NCBI RefSeq assembly: GCF_009914755.1 | Contig: NC_060934.1 | Length of the DNA: 64,000 nt | From: the human T2T-CHM13v2.0 reference genome, Homo sapiens | Strand: one strand, 5' to 3' | Shown: positions 31,256-47,487 of the stretch, in pieces | Position numbering within the stretch: the stretch's first letter is position 1 | Layout of the letters: each line of letters starts with the position of its first letter | Notes under the pieces: generated by a model | Told to the model about the DNA's origin: nothing | Seen by the model: only the letters and a program-made list of their open reading frames with translations | Database searches by the model: none | Position numbers and translations under genes: made by a program

Positions 31256-33769
31256 AATCCAGTTGGGAAAGATGGTCCAAATAAGAGGTGAGGTGCAGTT
31301 GGCATCCTTAAATAGAGAAGTGACATGTGGGCAAGATGACATTTGGGCAAGACCCAGAGGCAGGAAAGGGGCCAACCAGTGGCACTGTGAATGACATGAG
31401 GCCAAACTCAGTCTTGCCAGGATGTTTACCCGTTTGTGCTTGTTCTTCTATCCAGATGAATTCTGACCACGCTTTGAACACTTACAATAATGCTGGAGGC
31501 CCCTCAGTCTTCTCTTTAGAGGAGGCCTCACAGTCCTGCAGCTGTGCCCACTGAGTGTGCCCCGGCAGCCTGAGCCCCTGGAGTGGACAGTAAGAGAGAG
31601 CGCACAAAGGCAGTGGGGTCCAATAAAGACCAAGGTTGAGACCAGGAGCACCTCCACCTTCTTTGTTCTGGAATTGCCCTGGTCTCCTTTTCTTGCCAGC
31701 AAACCACTTTAGTTCCTACTTTCTCCTCTCTTTGACCCTGTGCCCAAGCTTCTCAGCATGTGAGCTTCTCCTCTAAGCACTGTCCACATGCGCCCAGAAC
31801 CTTGAGCAGTGGAGCTCAGAGCAGGGTTGACGTGAGTAAGCAGACATGAGTCAGGCTGAGACTCCACCTAATGACTAAGGATCAACGTCCCACCCAAAGT
31901 TCCCATGTCTAGCCCTTCAGAAAGGACAGGGAACCATAATCCAAAGTAAAACAGCCTACTCCCTAGGAATGACAGCCCACAGTCCTGAGTTCTAGGGACC
32001 TCAAATAAGTCTCTCCCTTCCAGGCGCCAGGTCACCATCTATAAAGCGATACAGTTGGATTAGTTAATCCTCAAGATGCTTTCCAGTTCTAACACTGCAT
32101 AATCAGTAATGTATCAAATGAAATTGTGCAAGGTAATTGCAGCTTTGAAGTACAATGTGGGGTAGTAATGGTAGCAGTGATGAGATCTATGGGCTCCTAC
32201 CCCAAGTGAATCACCAGAATTGGAAATGGTAATTGTTACTATTAATATAATAATGTCTTAAATTGCAGAGTGCTTTTCCATTTACAAAGCATTTTTATAC
32301 ACATTATCTTGTGTGATCCTCATAAGAACCCAGTGAAAGTGGTAGGAAAAATGTTATTTCTTTGGCATAGATGAGGAAACAAAGTTCAGTGGCCATTCAA
32401 TTAGGAGTGACGGTGCTCAGCCCTGAGCGTAGGACTCAATGCCTCATCTTCTTTCTGCTGCTTGGTGCTGTCTTTGCTACTCCAACAACCTGTGCAACCA
32501 TCTGTGATTTTGTCTCTCTAGTTTTTGACCAGGTTAGTTCAAGGCATCTGCACAATAAGGAAACCCAGGCATTCCCCTGGAGGGGAAAGCATCCAAATTG
32601 TGCCCAGAGCTGCCTTGGCTCGGTCCATCCATTGGGCTCCTGGGAGCACAGTCCTCGCCAGGAGGGGAGGTAGCAGTATTCTCCATTTGTCTCCCTGCAG
32701 CTCAAAATAGAACAGATGATGTATCACAGCTGATCTCACTGCAGCATCAGATGTTTTAAAATAATTAAATAAAGAGAAATGGGAGTGTGAAGAAAAAGGC
32801 CCCAATTTTTCAACGCTAGTGTCCCATGAAAGTGAAAAGAAAGGGACAATGGTCAAAGTCAAGGTGAGGGGGCAGCTCCCCCAGAGGTGCCAGGTTTACA
32901 GCCGTTCTGTCCCTGCCATCCAAGCTTTCCTACCAGTAGCAATACTGTCACCCCTCACCATTCGGTTGCAATTTGCAAAAGGCAAGAGACAACTTCCTTT
33001 CTTGCCACACTCTAGGATAGAAGAAGCACTCCAGCCAGCCACCAATTTCCCCTCGCTAAGCAGCCCTTTTCTCCCATGCCCACTACATGCAGAGGGTGAC
33101 CCAGGCACACCCAGAGTGGGTGCTCTTGTGTCCTGTCGGATGGGGCCAGTCAGCATGAGAGCTCTTTGTTCAAACCCCGTCTCCCTACCATTTGTGTCCC
33201 TACCTAAGTGCCTACCCTTGCCCACGACACTTATCTCCCTAGACCTCAGTCTCCACGGTTCTGAACTGGGAGTTAGAAGCACTCATCTTACTTCCTCATA
33301 GGGTTGTCAGTGCTATGAGGATGGAGTGAGATCACACTTGAGAAGACACTTCAAAAACTTACAAGTCCCACAGGGCACTAAGAGACCATGGTTCACCAAG
33401 CACCTGGTCAGGACTGATGACAATGGCGTATGGCTGGCCTTTCCCAGCCTCCCTCCAGTTAGATGGACTGGAAGATCAAGTTCTGGCCAGCAGAATGTGG
33501 GCAGAGTATCTGCTCTATAAAGCCTTCACACACGATCCTGCTCCCTCTTTTTCTCCTCTGCCAGCTGAAGACCCAGAGGAGGATTCTGGGTACCTAGAAA
33601 GGGCAGAGCCACAGACACACCCTTTGATTGTGTTACATGGCTGGAGTTGAGGGTTGCTTGCTACAGCAGCTAGGCCACCTGGACTAGCAAAATGTCCCAG
33701 TGGAGTAGCTGCCTAGAAAATCTCACAATGAGGTTGTAAATTCAAGTGAGTGGAAAAAAAGGTTTTAGT

Positions 33770-34075
<306 letters not shown>

Positions 34076-34367
34076 GGTTTTAGTAGCAAACAGTCAAGTT
34101 TCCTCATAATTCTTCCACCCAGTAATAGGATAAAAATGAGACCATATAAAAGATGTACCCCGGCACATGGACTTCGGGGCCCCATAGTTCTGTGACGTCT
34201 GTGTTCAACCTGTTTGTGGAACAGTCAGTACAGCACACACCAAAATGCAGCTCCCATCTAGATTGTTGCTGAGGTGCTCTTCCTTTTCTCAAACACCTAT
34301 TAATAGATTTACACTCCGACAATAAAGAAGCGCGGATCAACCTCTAACTAGCCAGACAGGCTAGTTT

Positions 34368-34652
34368 TTGTTTTGTTTTGTTTTTTGAGATGGACTCTCA
34401 CTCTGTTGCCCAGGCTGGAGTGCAGTGGCGCAATCTTTGCCTCCCAGGTTCAAGCGATTCTTCTCCTCAGCCTCCCAAGTAGCTGGGACTACAGGTGCGC
34501 GCCATCATGCCCGGCTAATTTTTATATTTTTAGTAGAGACTGGGTTTCTGACCCATATTGGCCAGGCTGGTCTCGAACTCCTGACCTCGTGATCCATCCG
34601 CCTCGACCTCCCAAAGTGCTGGGATTACAGGCGTGAGCCACTGCCCCCAGCC
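34368..34652 (-). mobile_element. AluSg/Sc-like with a small internal deletion
   Basis: TSD CAGACAGGCTAGTTT / CAGATAGGTTAGTTT. Confidence 0.93.
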
Positions 34653-34744
34653 CAGATAGGTTAGTTTATCCAATCACAGTATCAAATGCCCTCCTAATGT
34701 GGACAGGCCATGCTGGGCCACATAAGAGACTAATAAGCCACTAG

Positions 34745-35140
34745 AAAAAAAGTGGGGGACAAAGGACATGAAAGACAATTCACAAACATAAAACAAATGG
34801 CCCCCAAACATGTAATGTTCACCCTTACTCATACAAAATAAATCACGTCTCACCCATTAGACTGGCAAAAATCAAAAAGGGTGGCAAGATCTCGAATTGC
34901 CGAAGAAGCAGGGAAAAGGCACTCACTTGTACTATCTGTGGACAGGGACACTGGTTCCTCTCCAGAGATCAATTTCATAATATCTATCAACTTGTAAATG
35001 GCAAGTCCCTTTCAATTCAGCAATTCCACTTCTAGAAATCTATCCAAAAGAAATCCTCATACATGCATAAAAAGACTCATACACAAGATTATTCATTGTT
35101 TGAAGTGCAACAGATGGGACATGGCCTAAATGTCCAACAG
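34745..35140 (+). mobile_element. L1ME-like ORF2/3' fragment
   Basis: CACCCATTAGACTGGCAAAAATC...CAGCAATTCCACTTCTAGAAATCTATCC. Confidence 0.6.
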
Positions 35141-36004
35141 TACAAATCACACAAATACATTTGGCTACTAAACAGATGAAAAGTCTACCCCAAAGTTTAC
35201 ACGATCCTGCTCCATAACATCCGGAGATTGGGGGTTGGGGGAACTGGCAATCAAGCGCATACCCACAGAGGTTGTACCAGGATTTACATGCGCACAAGAA
35301 GGGATGCTATGGGGAAGCATTATCCTTAAGATGCTACAGGAACACAATCCAATGTTCGACAAGGTGTGAATCTGTTTCCATGCAGTTCCTTGGTGTTGTG
35401 CTTATTTTAAACATATGGAAAATTAGCCATAATGCAAATAACACAGCAACAGCTGTGTTTTCATCTTCTTGGCTATTTTGACGTCACAGCCATCAAATAC
35501 AAGCTCCAAAAAAGAGCGAATGATATTGTTCCCAGCAGCACATGCCAAAAGGCCACACACCTTCCCACGGGATGAAGGATTCCAGGGACATCTCTTTTTA
35601 TAGGTGTGACTTCCCCTCTTTGCAGAGTAGCTATTTAGCAACTAGAGGGCAAAGCCAGGCAACTGAGACTTAGGAACAGAATTATATCAGAGAAATTGGC
35701 GACAACCTTTCTGGAGCGAAATCTAACAGTGTCTATTAATATTCTATATAGACATACACCTTTTGACTTAGGAATTCCGCTCTCTCAACACCAGCATGAA
35801 AGGCAACATATATGAGATGTAGTGGAGAAAGAAACCATACCCTGACAACAACCTGAAAGTCCATCAAAAGAGAATGATTGAAAAAATTATGGTACCTCTA
35901 TACCGTGAAAATTCTGTAATTATATTTTAAAATGAGATCTATATCTACAGGAAGATATAGATCTCATCTCTCCTGCCTCAGGAGAGATGTTCAGGATGAA
36001 AAAC

Positions 36005-36240
36005 GTAGTTATCAACAATGTATTGTATATTTCTAATGCATATTTCAAAGTAGCTAGAAGAGAAAGAATTTCAGATGTCCCCAACACATAGAAATGATAA
36101 ATACTCAAGGTGATGGATACCCCAAATTCCCTGACTTGATCATTATACATTCCACACATGTAACAAATATCACACATACCCCATAAATAGGTAAAATATT
36201 ATGTATCAATAAATAATAATAAATTGAAATTTAAAAAGAA
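36005..36240 (+). mobile_element. L1MA 3' end (MA7/MA8-like) nested in older L1ME sequence (35690-36000)
   Basis: CAACACATAGAAATGATAAATACTCAAGGTGATGGATACCCC...TTGATCATTATACA. Confidence 0.7.
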
Positions 36241-36289
36241 AAGCAAGAGGCAGGGTACAAGAATGTAGTAAGATCCCATTTTCATTAAA

Positions 36290-37105
<816 letters not shown>

Positions 37106-37899
37106 AAAACCTGTTTGCCTATCTTGACCCGGGCCTGGGGAAATAAGTGGAAGGGTCCACCCTAGGCCCTAAGCACTTGGCCAGGAAAGCTGCAGGAGAG
37201 GAGTGCATGGCATCCGAGAGCCATCAAACAGTAAATAAGAAAGACTTTCTTTTTCTCCATATTATGATTCCACCAGTTGCTGTGAACATATGCTATTTTT
37301 ATAACTTTTGAACACACATTAAATAAAACAAAAAAGCAAAGATGTAAGTCAGACTCAGAGGAGCAGTGTGGAGGGGAGGGGAGACAACGCAAAGAGAGAG
37401 GGACCCAGGCCACGCCAAACAACCGCCTGGCTCTCTCCTCCCTCAGAAGAACCCATCCCTGCCCCGCATCCAGTGCAGCAAGCGTCCTGGGAAGGTCAGG
37501 CTGTGGCTCATGAAAGACACTACAGAGTAGATGCTAACCCAAATCCAAACACTCCCAGACTCTCCCTCCCACCCAGCTCAGCTGGTACTAGAGGCAGACA
37601 ACGAAAAGCTGGCAGAACAAGACAAATGGTGGAGAAAGTAAGGTCTGAAGAAGGTGGGGTGGGTAGAAAGCAGCAAAAAGGAATGAGGGTTGGTCCAGGG
37701 GGCCAGGCCCCAGCTCAGCCTCCTAGTCACTGAGTCAGCTTGGGCAAGGGTGCTCTAACCTCTGAGCCTCTGGTTCTTCCTCCCTAAAAGTCAAAATAAA
37801 GGTATCTGCCTTGCCCCAGTGGGCTGGATGTATGCGATACTGCTTTATCATGCTGTACAAATATCATTAGAAAGAGAATCAGCAGCGTGGATGCCTCAC

Positions 37900-38440
37900 T
37901 GGATAATGCAAAACCCCGCCCCACACGGAGCCTTGGTTTCCTCTATTGTGTTTTCCAATTATTTGCTGTTGGTCTATCAAAAATGCATTTAATATGCATT
38001 TTAATATCTGACCTTTGGCCACCTGGCTCAACTCTGTTGCTTCTAATAATTTATAGATTCGGAGTCTACGATTTCCTCCAGCCAGATGATGGCTGCACCA
38101 GAAAATAATGATGCCTTCATCTCTTCCTTTCCAAGACTTATGTCTCTATTGGTTTTCTCTTGTGGTATTGCGCTGGCTCTGACCTAGGGTGCAAGGTTGA
38201 ATAAGAGAGGTGATAGTGGGCGTTCTTGTCTTCTTTTTAACCTGAAGGGATTGCATCTCATGTCTATCTATCAGGAATAAGGTTTGCTAGAGATTTCAGT
38301 AGCTATCTGTCTTCAGATTAAGTAAGTTCCCACTGCGCAGAGTTGACGATGTGTGATCATGAAGCACCTACTGGATCATATTGAATGTCATTTCAGCAAT
38401 TAGAGAGATCATTACATGATTGTTCTCCTTTGTTTTAATA
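37900..38440 (-). mobile_element. Ancient L1M ORF2 fragment, antisense
   Basis: TTGAATAAGAGAGGTGATAGTGGGCGTTCTTGTCTT resembles the antisense RT region of old L1s. Confidence 0.6.
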
Positions 38441-39105
38441 GAGGTCTGCGAAACAAGGGGATGCCTCTACCCAATACTGCCTTTCAGGGTCAGGAGGAAC
38501 AAGGCCTGGGACCCGGAAGATAATGACACCACTCCCACCTCAGCCGCCAGCCTGAGCCCCTGATGGTCCGTCCTCCTGTGTGCCACCCCTCCTCTCCTCA
38601 ACTCTGTAGCTCTCTGGGCCAATCTCCTTCACCTCCATCCTGAACTCTCACTAGTCCTTAAAATGCCACAGACTTGTCCCTGTGTGAAGTCACAAGAGAA
38701 AGCTCACTGCCAACCATCTCCATGTCACAAGAAGTCACCCTGAGCATACGCTGTGGGAAGCAGGCTGATCGCATCGTTTTTTCAGGATGAGCAGTTCAGG
38801 ATTCTGATGCAAAGACTCCACATCCACCTTGGCACATGCTAAGATTCACATGAAGCTATTCCAAAATGGAACAACATACCTAGGAGGCAGTGAGCTCCCT
38901 GCTACCAAAGATGAGAATGTCCCCATGACATTTGCTACAGAGGTATTTCTACAAAAGATGAAGAGTGACCCAGAGTCATCTGTAAAATGAAGGTAATCAG
39001 ACCTATCAAAAGGTAATGGAGGAGGAGGAGGTGGCAGCCTAGTGGGGAGAGCAGGAGGTGGGATGGACTGACATTCCAAGCACCTGACATACACCTCGTC
39101 ACTTA

Positions 39106-39451
<346 letters not shown>

Positions 39452-40999
39452 ACACACACACACACACACATGCACACACACATATGCGCACATGCACACA
39501 CACACATACACAGACACACCTTGTTCAAGGTCACATAGTCAGTAGGTGACAGCGCCCAGGCATGCACCAAGGGCTTCTGTTCCAGTCCTTAAGCTCACTC
39601 CACTCCACCACTCCCCCTCCCAGGCTCCAGGGTATGCTTGTCAAACTGCCTAACACAGTGACAGCCACATAATGGGCACTTAATGATTCTCCCCAGATTC
39701 AGATGGTCAGACATCCCTCCCACTGAGCAAAGTCAATTTTCTCATCTGCGAAGCAAAAGAGAGACTTCATCTTGGCCCTTCACAGGCAGGAAGGTCTGAC
39801 TGCCTGGCTTTTACGGTCAGCCCTTGCCACCTTTGCAAAATGTATTCAGAAACATGATCTCCTTTGAGCTTCACACCTCTAAGAGGCAGGGTCTCGGCAG
39901 AGAAGGTCACTGGGGCTCACGTGGGGAAGGTTCTGCCTGAGGTCCCATGCTGAACTAGCACACTCACATCCAGGGACATCAGCCACCTTTACTATCTCCA
40001 CCCCAAAGCCTCATGAGTGAAAAGGACGGACGATCTCTAAGATGTCATGAAAACACGGAGATACAATTGAACCTATCTTCAAACCCAAATGTGTGCCATT
40101 GACTAATGTGTGATGTCCACTCTCTAAATGGTGAAGTGAAGAAGCAGTCAGCATAAGATTCCGCCAATCAAGCACAAATAACACCATCGCCTTAGACTCG
40201 GACCATGTGATGACCTTTATACCCGTGGATTACATATTGACTCTCCTTTCATAATCTAGGCACCAAAATATCTGCTGGCAGCTTATTCCCATCAGCTGCA
40301 GGACAAAGTAGCTTCTGCATTTGGTTCCAAGACAGGAGTCAGCAAGACACTGGAGGCCACAGTCCAATCCCAATGGTCTGTTTATTGTCTGAGGTCATTA
40401 CCATGGTGTCTCCTCTCCCCGGGCCCTGGTAAGCACCAAGGCCACTTTATTTGTCAGTGACTCAACCAGGAACCACATGGACTTCAAGGCAACCTCCTGG
40501 CCCTCAAGGACACAGAGTAGCTAAGCCAAGGATACAGCAAATTTTTTGGACCAAGAGCCAAAGCAGGTGGCGCAGACTCTGCTAATGATCAGATCCAGGC
40601 AGTACAGAGTTCTGAGCAAGGGATATAGCAGGAGTCCAGCTCCAGCTCCCTTGATTTCGAGAAGAGCCACACCACCTAAGAAACTCACCTTGCTCCTCAT
40701 CAAAACTGCCCTATTCTAAATGGCACTGAGAATGAGACTGTCCTTTATACTTTTCACCATCCCAGTTGGTGGGAGGGGTCTTTTGAATGTATTCCCACTT
40801 GTGAGGGACACAAAACTCACCAATGCCTGACAGCAAAATCTGGGGGCAGGCTTCCCAGGTCTCCCATGTCTGCCCTGGCACTGAAGCCTGGTTTGGGGGA
40901 GACGGGGATGCGCTTGTGATAATGCCAACTCTTCAGGTTCTGAGCACTCTCATGTCTGTCATAGAATAGGATAGGGGTTCACTATTGTAGCATGACACG

Positions 41000-41285
41000 G
41001 GCTCAGAAAGGCCACCTATTGTATGAGCACATTTAGATGGAATGGCCACAAGGGGCAAATCCGTACAGACAGACAGCAGTTCAGTAGCGTCTGAGGCTGG
41101 GGAAGGAGGGGTGTGGGGAGTGACTGCTCATGGGTATGGGGTTTGTTTCTTTTAGGTTGATGAAAATGTTCTGGAATTAAATAATAGCAATGATTGCACA
41201 ACTCTCTGTATATACTAAAAACCACTGCAAATGAGTAAATTTTATAGCATGTGAGTGATACCTCAATAAAGCTCGGTTTTTAAAA
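41000..41285 (+). mobile_element. L1MB 3' end
   Basis: AAAGGCCACCTATTGTATG...GATGAAAATGTTCTGGAATTA...CTCAATAAAGCT. Confidence 0.75.
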
Positions 41286-42509
41286 TTTGATGGTGTAGAA
41301 GAATATGGAGGTAGCACACTAGGAGGTGCTTCCCTGCCCCACAAGCTGTCTGTCATTTGTCACCTGGGCACTGGGCACATATCAGTCCTACCTAGCAGCC
41401 CTTGCAATCCTACCATAGGAGACCAGCACCCCACACGGGCATTTGTTCAGCCCTCCAGCAGCCCCTCCTGCCAGCCAACCACCCTCATCCCTCCCGTGGA
41501 TTTCGGGGTTCTGAGTAACCAAAGCAAGCATGGGAACATTCTCAGAGCATGTCCAGGGGACACCTCCGGGAATATGCATTCATCTCAGAGGGGAGCTGAG
41601 TGCTTATTTGACAAGCACAATGTAACCAAGCCAAGAATGGGGAAGGGTATGAAACAAGAGAGGCGGCCCTCTTCCTTCTCAGGGAAGCCGGGGCTGGCAG
41701 GAAGTGGGGCTGCAAGTCCAACAGCTGACACCATCGTCTATGTTCCTCTGAGCTGTGTGCAAGGAAGAGTACAGTCTGGGGCTGCAGGCATGACAGACTT
41801 CAGAGGGAAACAAATCAGGCATAAAAACTGCTAGAGGTTCCATTAGCAAGACAGAGCAAAAAATAGGATTCCCACATCCCCCCTGGTGCCCTCAGGGCTC
41901 CTTGTACCACTAAAAATAAAGCAACAGGCAATGGTGTTTTTAATGCCAGCGTTCGCAGGACTTCCTGCAGAGTCAGGCTTGCACAGCTTCCTTCGGTCCC
42001 CCCCACCCATCTCCACCCCCTCAGCCATGGATTTCTGCAGCACCAGGGGCCAGCAAGGAGCCCAGGACTGAATGAGATGCGTCCATGGATCATGAGGCTG
42101 AGATAGATTTCCCTCTGTTGTCCCACTTCAAGGATGCAGTCTGGAGCTTGCAATCCAAACAGGGAGACAGGTTCTGTGTCCCTTCAGGAGAACAGGGTCT
42201 GAGCATTTGTGTCATAAGCAGGGAAGGAGAGGGACCTCAGATCCAGTCCATGATTGGACACACCTCCCTCTAACCTCTGGCATCCTGGCAGGCATCTGGG
42301 AGGAGGAGTTAGAAGAGGAAACAGCTGGGGCCGTAAGTCAGGCGAGTTCACACCCAACCACCTGCCCCATTACACAGCAGAAAGCACCTCCCTTACTCCT
42401 TCCACAGCCCACACCCCACAACCCAGCCCCCAGGGCTGCCCAGTACTAGCTCTTGACAGAGGACTCTAGTCTCTCAGATCAAGAACAGCCCTCAGAAAGG
42501 CAATATGGC

Positions 42510-42705
42510 TCTCAGTGATTCTAAGTGCAGACACTGGCATTGGGCTGCCTGATTCAAATCCTGCCTCTGCCACTTGCTACATGTGTGGCCTTAGACAAGT
42601 TACTTAACCTCAGTTCCCCTACCTGCAACATGAGGTTAATGACATTTCCTGCCTCCAGGACTAATGTGAATTGCTCACAACGGTGCCTGACACATAAAGG
42701 TGTGT
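42510..42705 (+). mobile_element. MIR
   Basis: TTCAAATCCTGCCTCTGCCACTTGCTACATGTGTGGCCTTAGACAAGTTACTTAACCTC. Confidence 0.7.
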
Positions 42706-43109
42706 GATAAAGGCCAGATATTACTGGGGACCAACTAACACTATCTTTCCTAGGGAGCCACTGGCATCTGAGGCTGGCAGCCTTCTCTTGATTCTCCAGG
42801 TTGCCCTGTGTGCAGCAGGATGCCAACTTGTCCTGGCCCCGAGGAAGTGAATGCTAGGAGTTGCTCCTCTAGTCTAGGTGACAATCAAGTCAGTTCAGTG
42901 GTAGGGACAGGATTCAAACCAAGCTTTGTCTGACCCTAAGCCCATGGCTTTCACTACCATTCTACACTAAACTATCACCTGCAAAACCCACAGTGGGCAT
43001 AAAAAGCCTCTTTTGTCAAGGACAGTGAGGGACATAGTAACAGAAACTGAAAGAGAAGAAAAAAAGAAGTCTCAAGAAAAAACAATCAGCAGGCATGATA
43101 TTTATTTTA

Positions 43110-43406
<297 letters not shown>

Positions 43407-45052
43407 GAGTTGCCTAATTCTTCATCTCAGGTCCCTTTTAGAAAAACTTATGTCATATCCCATAAACCAGGCTATCATTCCTTCCTAAAGATTAGTAGAC
43501 CTAAGTAGGCAACTAGAAAAACAACACATCCGTCTGAGGTCTCAGGCTCACCTGGAAATGCAGGTCCTGGCCTCCCTGCCTCCACCCTCCCCCACCCCTT
43601 CCTTGTCAGGCAGCTTGGGCCACCCACCATATGCCGCTGCAGCCCATAAAGACTCTGGAACATTTCAAAGGCCTTGGCCCCCATCAGGTGTGGCTCCAAA
43701 AAACACAGGGTCACCTATAAAAGGTTGAGCACAAGGAAACAGCCATAAAACCCGCAGTCCTAACAGCAGACACCCAGTGGCCAGAACAAAGCAGCCAGCT
43801 GCCGGGCTTTCCAGGAACCACAGAGGGACATCCCTCCCAAGGACCGCGCCCAGCCGCAGCCCAGGGGCACATGGCTGAAAGGTCCTCAGAGGCCACCTGG
43901 TAAGAAGGGCCCTGTGTTGGGTGCTTGCTAGTTGCCAGGGACTGTCCCGGATGCCCTCCTTGAAGAGGGTTAAGGAGGTAACACAGGAAAGAGCTGGCAT
44001 GGTGCCTGCAGCCCTGAGGGCCTCTAAAAGAGATGCTTCATCTTTCCTGAGCTTCAAAGCACCCGGCAAGTGGGACGTGATTCCCATCTTTTAGGCGGCA
44101 AAACTGAGGCCCTGAGGAGTAACACAACTAGGAAGTGAGCTTCAAGCCAAGTCTGTCTGTTCATCTCATGCTTTCTCGTGGGTTCCTGGAGAGGTCAGAT
44201 GATGGGCTGTCAGTGCTCAAAGGGGCCTGGAGACCTCCCAGCCCTCTGCTGGGTACCCTCCCTACACAGTGCAGCCAGGCTTCCAAGGCAGCCTCCCTCC
44301 TCTGCTGGGACAGTCGTCAGGGGTGTTTCAGAAGGAGCAAGCCCCGAGCAGCCTCCCCACACTCTGGCCCAGTTGAGGGAGGTGACAGGGCGCCATCTCC
44401 TGCTCCCTTTCTGGAAAGCTTTCCCACATCCCAGGCCAGGCCCTGCAGGCCCTCAGGCTGGCTGATACATGGCAATGACAACAGAAATGGCTCACACTTG
44501 GTAGGTGCTTCCTAACTGCCACATCCTTTACACACAACTGCACAAATGCTCTACATCAGGGATGCCCATGTTATAGAAAACTAGGACTTATGGAGGATGT
44601 GCAACTTCCCCAAGGTCATGCAGCTATCAGCAGCCGAGCTGGAACTGAATCCATGGTCCTCACCATGCCACGCTACCCTGCTTCTGCCTGAACGCAAGCA
44701 GGTGCAGATAAGCCGCAACACCCATGACTATACCCACACACTACCATCTTCCCAGCCGCATGGCAGTGCTGCGGCCTAGACCCATGGCTCAGGCTCTGCC
44801 ATCCACCCTTGGTGCAGCCCTCCAGCCTCCCAGACACCCCTGCATCAGCCTCTCTCTAGGTAACAGATAATACTGCTGAAATACCAGGCTGGCTTTAAGT
44901 TTTGGGTCCCACTGTCCCACTGTCCTAAGTCCCACTCTGACCTGTGGGACTAAAAGGAGGGATGGGACAATCATTGCTGTACAAGCAGCTCCTCCAGAGA
45001 AATGCCCAGACCCAGAGCAGCAACCCCTCATGGCCCTCAAAAAGGCATCTTT

Positions 45053-45338
<286 letters not shown>

Positions 45339-46072
45339 CTAGAGTCCAGAAAGACGTCTGTATCTGGCAGTGCCCGTCTTCCTAAGTCCTTTCTGAGGGT
45401 CCTGAGCTGAGGGGAGCCAAGGATGCAGCTTCACTCCATCACTGGGTGGTCTCCTCTGGGAACTTGGAGTATTCCCTTCCTGCAGCAGGAAGAGCCACCA
45501 AGAGTTTATCGTGTTCAGTCCTTTTAGTCACCTAATGCCCACAGGCACCTTGACACCATACAAAGAACCCCTCTGGGGAAGCCAACAACCCCAAAACCCG
45601 TGCAACCCTTGCACCCTCTGCAGCCAGCCCTTGGTAGTGGCCTTACTGTACTCTCCCTCTCCATGACTCAGTTTGCCTCCAATAAGCCCTGGGGCCTCAA
45701 GTTCAGACTCACCCAACTAGACAGACCAGAAGTGAGCCTCTGCCCTGACATCTTCAGGCACTCTTTTGTCAACTACTCACAAGGATTTATCAGATAGGAA
45801 GGGAAAAGGACAGAAAGAACTGTGGGATAAGGAAGGCTCTGAATGTCAGAAAAGGGTCTGAGTAGGATGATTTGAGACTGAAGAAGCTACGTGGTATCAC
45901 TTAGGAGCAATAAAGGAAAGATTAGGGCAGGTGAGGAGGATAATGGACAGTGGAGCCTGGCCAGTGCCAGCTGACGGACTAGACCGATCTTCCTACCTCT
46001 GCTTGCAAAAGGCATTGCTTCCTGCTTAGCATGCCTCACTGATTCCCATAAAAATGGCATTCATCTATATGC

Positions 46073-46572
46073 TGAGGTGGGCTGAATCATGGCCCTAGAA
46101 GATGTCCACGTCCTCATCCCTGGAATCTGTGACTGCGACCTTAACTGGCACAAGGGACTCTACAGACATAATTTAATTAAGGACCTTGAGATGAAGAGAT
46201 TAGCCTGGATCATCCAGGTGGGCCCTAAATGCAATCACAAAGGTCCTTCAAAGAGGGAGGTAGAGGGAGATTTGACACAGAAGAGAAAGTAAGAGATGTG
46301 ATGATGGAAACTGAGATGGAGCAATGTGCTTTGGATACGGAGCAGAAAGCCACAAGACTGGGGATGCAGGTGGCTACTGGAAGCTGCAAAAGGCAAGAAA
46401 AACGACTTGCCCCTCAGAGCCTCCAGAAGGAACCAGCCCTGCAGACGCTTTGACTTTAAAAGCCCAGGGAAACTGATTTCCGACTTCTCGCCTTCAGAAC
46501 TGTAGGAGTATATTTGTGTTATCTTAAGGCACTATGTTTGTGGTCGTTACAGCAGCAAGGGAAAACTGACAC
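46073..46572 (+). mobile_element. MLT1D (ERVL-MaLR) solo LTR
   Basis: AAGATGTCCACGTCCTCATCCCTGGAATCTGTGA...AAGGACCTTGAGATG...GAGCCTCCAGAAGGAACCAGCCCTGC...GTTACAGCAGCAA. Confidence 0.8.
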
Positions 46573-46885
46573 CCACACTCAGCCACTCGAGAGGTCCCTT
46601 CTCCTGCTCAACACTGCTAGCCATTAGGGGTTAAGTAATTCACAAAAGAGACCCATCCCTGCCTTCCCGTAACATATTGTCATCCTCTTTCCTCCATCCT
46701 CTTTCCTAGGGTCCCTGTGGCCTGGACTATGCTGCTTTCTGCCTAAGTCCTCCCCGTCCTTCCAGCTCTCATTCCTTCCATGAAGCTTTGTTCCAGCCTC
46801 AGAGTCTTCAAAGACACCATTCCTCTGCACGTCCCCCTGCACCCACCCCTGGCTAATGCCTCTTCATCCTGTAGATCTCATTTCT

Positions 46886-47255
<370 letters not shown>

Positions 47256-47487
47256 TAGTCCATAGTCTCTCATCACACTCCAGGCTGAAGTGTGCATATA
47301 CGTGTGTAAGAGGGGATTATCTGTTCAATCTAGTCACTGATGATGGAATTGCTCAGACCTCTGAGGGCAGGGACCTTGGTTGTCCTGTTCACCAGTGAAT
47401 CAACTCTCAGCCTGTTATAGACACTTGCATTGATCTCCCTCTGCCCAGAACTGCTTTATTTAACATCTCTATCAAAAAGAACCGTTG

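Noticed and set aside
32819-33301. 160-aa + ORF with a 128-aa antisense ORF
   Set aside because: Non-ATG start, no recognisable domain, 3' end runs into MIR-like sequence, no convincing splice signals
40689-40826. Possible minus-strand cassette exon (acceptor near 40827, AAG|GTGAGT donor at 40689)
   Set aside because: Isolated splice-like motifs are common, there is a competing internal donor, and no recognisable peptide
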